Origin: Erysipelotrichaceae bacterium
GTDB taxonomy: Bacteria > Bacillota_I > Bacilli_A > Erysipelotrichales > Erysipelotrichaceae
Length of the DNA stretch: 32,000 nucleotides
NCBI GenBank assembly: GCA_963663995.1
Contig: OY760660.1
Coordinates: 990,001-1,022,000, forward strand
Direction of reading: 5' to 3'
The notes under the pieces were generated by a model. The model was not told where the DNA came from and did no database searches. It saw only the letters and a list, made by a program, of their open reading frames with translations. Positions 26,564 to 32,000 of this stretch are shown here, piece after piece. Positions within the stretch are counted from its first letter, which is position 1, and every line of letters begins with the position of its first letter. Position numbers and translations under genes: made by a program.

Positions 26564-26885
26564 TTCGATCAACTCTTTGTGTGTTTTGATAAAGATAAAG
26601 AAGTTCTTGAGCTACATCACTTAGAACAGTTGCCATCGCAATATGATCTTGCGCATGGATGAGAATCAGATTCATGTCTGTTTTCTTTCCACATGCTTCA
26701 GCTTGAATAAGTTCAGTTTGAACTAAGTGTGCTGAATTTAAATCATTAACAGCTTCGTCTAAGATGTTTTGGGCTTTCTGATAGTCACCTTCACGTGCTG
26801 CCTTCATCGACAACATGGATTTAGACTTTGAGTTCCCCGCATGTAATATGAGTTGAAACGGTATTTCGTATTGTGTTTCATCCAT
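26550..26885 (-). CDS. PTS EIIA component, Lac/cellobiose family
   Basis: 111 aa of the helical-bundle type. IPFQLILHAGNSKS and LILIHAQDHIAMA (phospho-His region) are as in CelC/LacF-type EIIA. Confidence 0.85.
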   Translation of the reverse strand: MDETQYEIPFQLILHAGNSKSKSMLSMKAAREGDYQKAQNILDEAVNDLNSAHLVQTELIQAEACGKKTDMNLILIHAQDHIAMATVLSDVAQELLYLYQNTQRVDRNDCD

Positions 26886-26954
26886 AAAAATGCAGCCTAT
26901 CCTTCTCTAACAAAACCTATTCTATAAAAATCTAGTCCTTATGCTTTCATACTT

Positions 26955-26974
26955 TTTCCATAGCACTGTGGAAA
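26955..26974. promoter_or_regulatory. Inverted repeat TTTCCA-N8-TGGAAA upstream of the EIIA-EIIB-EIIC operon
   Basis: Perfect 6-bp arms, 70-89 nt upstream of the EIIA ATG. It contains the same TTTTTCCATAG 11-mer as the GH1-2 upstream site. Confidence 0.35.
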
Positions 26975-26977
26975 CAT

Positions 26978-27004
26978 AAAAAAAATACTAGATTTCTCCA
27001 GTAT
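26978..27004 (-). terminator. Probable terminator after the PRD regulator gene
   Basis: Minus strand: ATACTGG-AGAAAT-CTAGTAT (one G.U pair) followed by T8, immediately after the stop. Confidence 0.55.
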
Positions 27005-28906
27005 TTAGTTCCAATCAATAATACGAATAAATTCTTCATAATCCTTAACATTGATCGCTTTTTGAATTTCTTTCGCATCGGTTAAGAAGTGTGCACTCTT
27101 CGCAAAGAAAGTGTCTAAGTTATCAGTTTCTGTATCACCATAACTCAACATAAAGACAAGTTGAACCTCTCTTTCACGCCATTTAATTGCTTCTTTTAAA
27201 ACCGCAACAGATACTATAGTATGTGCGGTAAATGATTTATCTGGATGTGGTATCGCAATCAGATTACCAAATTCTGTACTAGCCAGCCCTTCTCTTGCTA
27301 AACAAGATTCATAGAAACCTTCTTTAACCCCATAAAGTTCTGTAATCTTATTAGACATGAAATATATGATTTCTTCTTTTGTTTTTCCTTCAAAATCTTT
27401 AAAGAATAAACGACGATCAAAAAACTCAGCAATAGACAAATGATCTTCACTGAAACGCAGTTTGATTGATTGAACATCTTTATCATCTAATAGTGAAGAT
27501 ATGTAAATAATAGGCTTTGTGGTTTTGACACGTAACGGAACTGTTGACACGATTAAATCAAATTTTTCTAAATTCATTTTTTGTATGGTTAAAGCATCAA
27601 TCGTTTGAACATCATCTAAATATGCCTCAAACTCTTTTTTAAAACGATAATTCAAAAGTTTTGCAGTCCCATGACCCGTCGCACAGACCAATAAGACTTT
27701 CTTCTTGTTGGTATTTTCTTTATGTCTTTCCAGTGCGACATAGAAATGTAGGGCAAAATATGCAACTTCATCTTCAGCTAAACGGGTATTATAAATACGC
27801 TCTATTTCTTCAGTCGCAACTTTAGCAATTAAAAAAGCTTGTTTATGTTTTTTTATATCAATAAGGAGTGGATTTTTTAGAAGTAAACGATATTGAATAC
27901 GTTTAATTAAGGGAACACAATGTAAACCCAAAGCAATTCTTAAATCGAGATCTTTACTGAAGTCAATCTCAAAAATATAATTAATGCGCTCGATCATTTT
28001 TTGAACCAATTGGTCTACTTCACTACTCACCACATTAGAGCTTTCACCCCCTGCAAAAACTCTTTTACCCGATAGATGCATGGTGATATAGCCTTGTTCA
28101 TCCTCTGGGAAAGCTATATTAAAACTGATTTTCATTCGTTCTATTATTTTTTTCGCTATCTTATACTCATCATTGAGTTTTAATTCTTCAAGCGATTCAC
28201 TATCCATTAATATAGGTTCACCAATTTTAATGCGTTCTAGGGCGATAAATAAATGTGTTATTAAGTTCTCAAAAATAATTTCACTGGTTTCATAATTGAA
28301 TTCATCAAAGACCACTAAAACGTTTTTACGAATTTGTTCCATGACCCATTGTGTTTCAAATTCGACATCAGCATCTGGTAAAGAATTTTCATTGTAGAGA
28401 ACATTAGCGATACATAAACGCAAATTCATCTCACTACCCACCAAACGAATACCATAATTTGGTCGAACTTCTAGTTGAACATGAAAAGGCTCAATTTTAT
28501 CTTTTAAATTATTTAAATCTAAACTAAGTTGGGAGCGTGATATTTGAAGTTCATCACATAGATCTACAGCTGAAAAATAGTTCTTTTTAAAAGCGAGCTT
28601 TTTTAATAGATAATGAACACGATTACCTTTATCACTCAAACTTGAATCATCAAAGGCAAATTCATGCCATTTTGTCGCTATAAAATTTCTGAATGGTTCA
28701 ACATCACTAATTTCGAAGCGAAAACCAAAACCTGCTTTTGAGATAATGCTTGCGCCATTTCTTTCAAATATATTATTTAAAACTTTGATCTCATTACGTA
28801 TCGTTTTTGAGCTAACAGAAAGAAGTGAAGATATTTCTTCACTGGTCATATAATGTTCTTGATTACTTAATAAATCAAAGATTTTCTTTATCCGAGTTTC
28901 TTTCAT
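27005..28906 (-). CDS. LicR/MtlR-type PRD-containing transcriptional regulator (HTH - PRD - PRD - EIIB-like - EIIA-like)
   Basis: N-terminal HTH (MTSEEISSLLSVSSKTIRNEIKVLN). Two PRD-like regions (ITHLFIALERIK, VAYFALHFYVALERHK). EIIB-like VLLVCATGHGTAKLL and EIIA(Mtl/Fru)-like GNLIAIPHP. There is no CAT RNA-binding domain and no sigma-54 AAA+ module. Confidence 0.85.
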   Translation of the reverse strand: MKETRIKKIFDLLSNQEHYMTSEEISSLLSVSSKTIRNEIKVLNNIFERNGASIISKAGFGFRFEISDVEPFRNFIATKWHEFAFDDSSLSDKGNRVHYLLKKLAFKKNYFSAVDLCDELQISRSQLSLDLNNLKDKIEPFHVQLEVRPNYGIRLVGSEMNLRLCIANVLYNENSLPDADVEFETQWVMEQIRKNVLVVFDEFNYETSEIIFENLITHLFIALERIKIGEPILMDSESLEELKLNDEYKIAKKIIERMKISFNIAFPEDEQGYITMHLSGKRVFAGGESSNVVSSEVDQLVQKMIERINYIFEIDFSKDLDLRIALGLHCVPLIKRIQYRLLLKNPLLIDIKKHKQAFLIAKVATEEIERIYNTRLAEDEVAYFALHFYVALERHKENTNKKKVLLVCATGHGTAKLLNYRFKKEFEAYLDDVQTIDALTIQKMNLEKFDLIVSTVPLRVKTTKPIIYISSLLDDKDVQSIKLRFSEDHLSIAEFFDRRLFFKDFEGKTKEEIIYFMSNKITELYGVKEGFYESCLAREGLASTEFGNLIAIPHPDKSFTAHTIVSVAVLKEAIKWREREVQLVFMLSYGDTETDNLDTFFAKSAHFLTDAKEIQKAINVKDYEEFIRIIDWN

Positions 28907-29013
28907 AATGTCGGCTAAAGTATATCTTTATTTATAAAGCGAAATGACAATCTGAATTTTTTTGGCAATGTTTTTCAAATAAAAACTAGCTAAATTTTCA
29001 ATATTTTCACAAT

Positions 29014-29040
29014 AAAAAAAGGACTAATTAGATTAGCCCA
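29014..29040 (-). terminator. Probable terminator after the DUF871 gene
   Basis: Minus strand: GGCTAAT-CTA-ATTAG(T)CC (one bulge) followed by T7. Confidence 0.55.
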
Positions 29041-29047
29041 GATTAGT

Positions 29048-30217
29048 TTAGTTTTCTAAGAATTGAACAATGTCCAAATCTTTAATCAATTTAAACATTT
29101 CCATTTCTTGATCAGAGATATGCCCAATTAAATTACGCATTCCATCATTTTTGATAGGACACAATACTACTTGTACTTCTGATGAATAATGTTCATATTC
29201 ATTGTTTACCATGACCACATCACCTCTGACAAATTCAGTTTGTGATACTTTACGTTGAGGAACTTTCCCATGGAAGAAGAAGCGCGGAATACGATTACGC
29301 CAGATCCATTCACTACTATCACCCATATCTATATGTGGAAAGAAATTAAGTAAAACTTCTTTTTCCACATCTGTTATTTCTTTAACCAAATCAACTTTAA
29401 CTTTCTTAACTGCTGGCATTTCTTTTTTCATAAAGAAGGATGCAAATGGCAATTTCTCAAGATAGGTCATATCTGGTTCAACCGCTTTAATCGCTTCATT
29501 GATCAAATCAAATTCCGCATCACTCGCAAAAGCATTTCCAATCATTATTTCATCAATAAGATCTGTCGCAAGCATTTCTCTTACTTGTAGATCAATTGGA
29601 AGATCTCTCATTTTTTCAACAGTTGGTAAACCATAAATCGAATCCCAGACGCCATGTGTATTTTCAGCATGCGAACTAACAAACGCACCTACGCGAATTT
29701 CTGCTTCTTTAAACTCTTTAGAAACATGTAGGAATTTATCCCACTTCATACCTGTATATGTTTGTGGATAAAAATTATGACTAACTAAAATATTTTCTTT
29801 TTTCGCACCTTTTTCAATTAGTTCTTTTATATAAGAAGCTTTTAAAGCGGATGCATTAAATTCAATTTGAATATTTTCTTTATTATTAATAACTTCTACA
29901 TCACCCTCTAAGCCATAAGACATATCCATGCGAAGAATATCGATTCCCATTTTCTTAAAAAGACTTAGATCACTCGATTTCACACTTAAACGTTCGAATA
30001 GTTCTGGATTAACATCCACACTCATCAACATCTGACATTCATGACATTTAGTTGTCATATCAGTAAACATCTTAATGACATTTTCTGGGTTGTCCTTAAC
30101 CGAAAACATGCTAGAGAACACTCTTTTAAAACCAGCATTTGATGCCTTTTCCATATAAGCATAGATATCTTCTACACTTGCGACATCTGGATAAATTGAT
30201 ATACCTAATGATTTCAT
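29048..30217 (-). CDS. DUF871 / MupG-family TIM-barrel protein (6-phospho-glycosidase-like, 'PTS-associated protein')
   Basis: The N-terminus MKSLGISIYPDVASVEDIYAYMEKASNAGFKRVFSSMF is typical of the DUF871 family, recognised from memory. RBS TAAGGAG. 389 aa. Confidence 0.7.
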   Translation of the reverse strand: MKSLGISIYPDVASVEDIYAYMEKASNAGFKRVFSSMFSVKDNPENVIKMFTDMTTKCHECQMLMSVDVNPELFERLSVKSSDLSLFKKMGIDILRMDMSYGLEGDVEVINNKENIQIEFNASALKASYIKELIEKGAKKENILVSHNFYPQTYTGMKWDKFLHVSKEFKEAEIRVGAFVSSHAENTHGVWDSIYGLPTVEKMRDLPIDLQVREMLATDLIDEIMIGNAFASDAEFDLINEAIKAVEPDMTYLEKLPFASFFMKKEMPAVKKVKVDLVKEITDVEKEVLLNFFPHIDMGDSSEWIWRNRIPRFFFHGKVPQRKVSQTEFVRGDVVMVNNEYEHYSSEVQVVLCPIKNDGMRNLIGHISDQEMEMFKLIKDLDIVQFLEN

Positions 30218-30370
30218 GTTTAAACTCCTTATTATTTAATGGTTCGTCTATTTAAATCATAGCACTTTGATGAATGTGAATTGATACTTAAAACAAAGTT
30301 TTATCTAAATAATGCTTTACTTTATCACTTTATTATAGTAAAGTAGTAAAGTATTTAAGGAGAGTCTGCG

Positions 30371-30442
30371 ATGAATACAAAACATTACACACATCACACA
30401 TCTTCTCACCACCATCATTTGATGGCTTTTTGCGTTATCTAA
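30371..30442 (+). CDS. his operon leader peptide (23 aa, 7 His codons)
   Basis: Not in the ORF track because it is too short. TAAGGAGAG lies 6 nt upstream of the ATG. The ORF reads atg aat aca aaa CAT tac aca CAT CAC aca tct tct CAC CAC CAT CAT ttg atg gct ttt tgc gtt atc taa = MNTKHYTHHTSSHHHHLMAFCVI. It lies 88 nt upstream of hisG and is followed by a terminator. Confidence 0.7.
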   Translation: MNTKHYTHHTSSHHHHLMAFCVI

Positions 30443-30482
30443 ACTGTAATAAACATTACAAACACTTAGGTATGCGCAAGAA
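30427..30482 (+). promoter_or_regulatory. Candidate antiterminator helix of the his attenuator
   Basis: By hand, TTTTTGCG (30427-34) pairs with CGCAAGAA (30475-82), and TATCTAA (30436-42, including the leader stop codon) pairs with TTAGGTA (30466-72). An inner hairpin TGTAAT-AAAC-ATTACA spans 30445-60. The 3' arm consumes the 5' arm of the terminator. Confidence 0.5.
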
Positions 30483-30499
30483 AATCTTGCGCTTTTTTT
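30474..30499 (+). terminator. Attenuator terminator upstream of hisG
   Basis: GCGCAAG-AAAAT-CTTGCGC followed by T7, 31 nt before the hisG ATG. It lies inside a 5' leader rather than at a gene's 3' end. Confidence 0.8.
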
Positions 30500-30529
30500 A
30501 TAAAATAACCCTATAGGAGAAAATAACTT

Positions 30530-31237
30530 ATGAATACCATTACCATTGCTTTACCAAAAGGAAAAAGACTTCTTGGATCAGCTTATGATATTTTCAAGAA
30601 TGCTGGGATTACATCTGCATTATTAGAATCGGAAATGAAAGATGCGAAAGGAAAACTTTTAGAGTTTAAATCAGATTGTGGAAACTATAACTTCATCTTA
30701 CTTAAAGTGGCCGATATTCCTCAATACATTGATCGAAACTGGGCAGAACTTGGTGTCGCAGCCTTTGATAACTATCGTGAGTATGAGTTAGAAAATGCTA
30801 CTTTAAAAAACAGTTTACGAGGTGATAACTTTGCTTCTGATTTACTCCCTGATTTAGAACTATGTCCACAATCTCGTTTCTGTGTAGCAGGCCGTCCTGA
30901 AGTATTAGACTTTTATGAAAGTTGTAAGAATAGTGAAGAAAAAATCTTAACGGTTGCGACTTCAAATCCAGCCATTGCCAATCACTATTTCACTACAAAA
31001 GGGATCATTGCCGATATTATCACGATTGGTGGATCATCTGAAGTTATGCCTAAGTTTGGGAATGTTGATTGTATTTTCGATATTGTTGAAAGTGGTAGAG
31101 CTTTAAAAGAAAATGGTTTAATTATCTTTGAAGAAGCAATGCAAATCAAAACAAAAGTATTATTTTCAAAAGCTGCTTTAAAATATAGTGAGAAAGCACA
31201 AAAAATTATGGAGGTGCTCAGTAATGCGCTTCAATAA
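30530..31237 (+). CDS. hisG: ATP phosphoribosyltransferase, short-form-like (no C-terminal regulatory domain)
   Basis: ITIALPKGKRL N-terminus, LLKVADIPQYIDRNWAELGVAAFD, ...VATSNPAIANHYF..., GGSSEVMPKFGNVDCIFDIVESGRALKENGL. RBS TAGGAGAAAA. 235 aa. Confidence 0.85.
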   Translation: MNTITIALPKGKRLLGSAYDIFKNAGITSALLESEMKDAKGKLLEFKSDCGNYNFILLKVADIPQYIDRNWAELGVAAFDNYREYELENATLKNSLRGDNFASDLLPDLELCPQSRFCVAGRPEVLDFYESCKNSEEKILTVATSNPAIANHYFTTKGIIADIITIGGSSEVMPKFGNVDCIFDIVESGRALKENGLIIFEEAMQIKTKVLFSKAALKYSEKAQKIMEVLSNALQ

Positions 31238-32000
31238 AGAAATAAAAGAAAGATCAATGGATTCAAACTTAGAAATCGAAACGATTGTAAGAGATATTAT
31301 CGTTGATGTTCGTCTCAATGGTGATGCAGCCCTTCGTAAATATAATGAGAAGTTTGATAAATATACTGGTGATTTTATCATTCAGCCAGAAGTCACAGAA
31401 GAAGAAAACTTCATGCGTATCTTAGAGCGTGCAAAAGCTCAAATTACAGATTTTCACATCAATCAACTTAATAAAGGTTTTGAACTAAAAAAAGAGAATG
31501 GTGTCATCATGGGTCAGTTTGCGAGACCTATTAAAAGAGTTGCCGTTTATGTGCCGGGCGGAAAAGCCTCCTACCCTTCTTCAGTTTTAATGAATGTACT
31601 TCCAGCTCAAATTGCCGGTGTCAAAGAGATTGCAGTTTTTACCCCAGATCCATCCAATGAAGTCTTAATGGCTTGTAAAGTATGTGGCATTCATTCGATC
31701 TATAAGATAGGTGGAGCTCAAGCGATTGCGGCGGCTGCTTATGGGACTGAAAGTATTAAAAAATTTGATAAGATTGTGGGCCCAGGTAATATTTTTGTGG
31801 CAACCGCTAAAAAACAAGTTTATGGAGATGTTGATATCGACATGATTGCTGGACCATCTGAAGTTCTTGTGATTGCAGATGAAAAGGCAAACCCTGCCTA
31901 TATTGCAGCAGATCTCATGTCACAAGCTGAACATGATGAAATGGCACGCGCCATCCTAATCACGACTTCTCAAACAATCATTGATGAAACTGAAAAAGAG
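31224..32000 (+). CDS. hisD: Histidinol dehydrogenase (5' part; continues past window end)
   Basis: Open at the window end, so absent from the track. GGAGGTG lies 7 nt before the ATG at 31224, and the gene overlaps the hisG 3' end by 14 nt. The translation contains VYVPGGKASYPSSVLMN, GGAQAIAAAAYGTE, KIVGPGNIFVATAKK, IDMIAGPSEVLVIAD and DLMSQAEHDE. Confidence 0.9.
   Translation, partial: MRFNKEIKERSMDSNLEIETIVRDIIVDVRLNGDAALRKYNEKFDKYTGDFIIQPEVTEEENFMRILERAKAQITDFHINQLNKGFELKKENGVIMGQFARPIKRVAVYVPGGKASYPSSVLMNVLPAQIAGVKEIAVFTPDPSNEVLMACKVCGIHSIYKIGGAQAIAAAAYGTESIKKFDKIVGPGNIFVATAKKQVYGDVDIDMIAGPSEVLVIADEKANPAYIAADLMSQAEHDEMARAILITTSQTIIDETEKE

Noticed and set aside
24723-27004. RAT/terminator riboswitch-like antitermination by the PRD regulator, or a sigma-54 (-24/-12) promoter at the TGGAAA motifs.
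   Set aside because: The regulator has an N-terminal DNA-binding HTH. It has neither a CAT RNA-binding domain nor an AAA+ sigma-54 activation module. The hairpin+T-run elements sit at gene 3' ends. The GG...GC spacing in TGGAAAAAGTATGAAAGCA is 14 nt, not the 11 nt required for a sigma-54 promoter.
27298-27486. 62-aa minus-strand ORF inside the PRD regulator, in an alternative frame.
   Set aside because: It is an out-of-frame overlap within a 633-aa gene whose domain order is intact. There is no evidence for a nested gene.
30270-30290. Similarity between CATAGCACT upstream of the DUF871 gene and the CCATAGCACTGTGG core of the EIIA upstream repeat, as a possible third regulator site.
   Set aside because: The flanking arms differ (ATCA/TGAT versus TTCCA/TGGAA). 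On the coding strand the match coincides with a plausible extended -10 (TGCTATGAT), so the resemblance is more simply explained as promoter sequence.
30218-30529. T-box riboswitch upstream of hisG, the usual Bacillota mechanism for amino-acid operons.
   Set aside because: No T-box core (…GGGTGGTACCGCG-like) is present, and there is no specifier-loop architecture. The space between the promoter candidate and the terminator is only ~150 nt and is occupied by an SD-led His-codon ORF.
31178-31381. 67-aa minus-strand ORF across the hisG/hisD junction.
   Set aside because: It is antisense to two strongly supported biosynthetic genes.

Overview
This is an AT-rich chromosomal segment, roughly one-third GC by eye, with Bacillota-type organisation: GGAGG-type ribosome-binding sites, many hairpin+T-run terminators, and PTS/PRD sugar regulation. 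I saw no rRNA, tRNA, CRISPR array, transposase, integrase or phage gene. 31 coding regions can be supported, 23 of them on the minus strand.

Gene content from left to right:
- gntR (partial), lplA and a methyltransferase-fold gene.
- A ~9 kb block in which two paralogous RpiR + orphan Lac-family PTS EIIC modules flank flavodoxin, cysK, a signal-peptide-less Cys-type sulfatase and an anaerobic sulfatase-maturating radical-SAM enzyme.
- An apparently frameshifted XRE regulator, then an MFS transporter.
- A malic enzyme-fumarase operon.
- A divergent cadC / split HMA + P1B-ATPase metal unit, followed by a CueP-like protein.
- A cellobiose/beta-glucoside-type PTS regulon: a DUF871/MupG-like gene, a LicR-type PRD regulator, EIIA-EIIB-EIIC, and two GH1 6-phospho-beta-glucosidases separated by two tandem AEC permeases.
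- The start of a his operon (hisG, hisD partial).

The two observations I rate highest:
1. An unannotated 23-codon leader ORF with 7 His codons (4 consecutive) lies in front of hisG. It has a strong RBS, a mutually exclusive antiterminator/terminator pair and a T7 tract. This looks like a ribosome-mediated his attenuator in a genome type where T-box control is the usual expectation.
2. The PTS EIIC - cytoplasmic sulfatase - RpiR - anSME arrangement implies phosphotransferase uptake and intracellular desulfation of a sulfated sugar.

All functional calls rest on motif recognition by eye. No database search or RNA folding was run.
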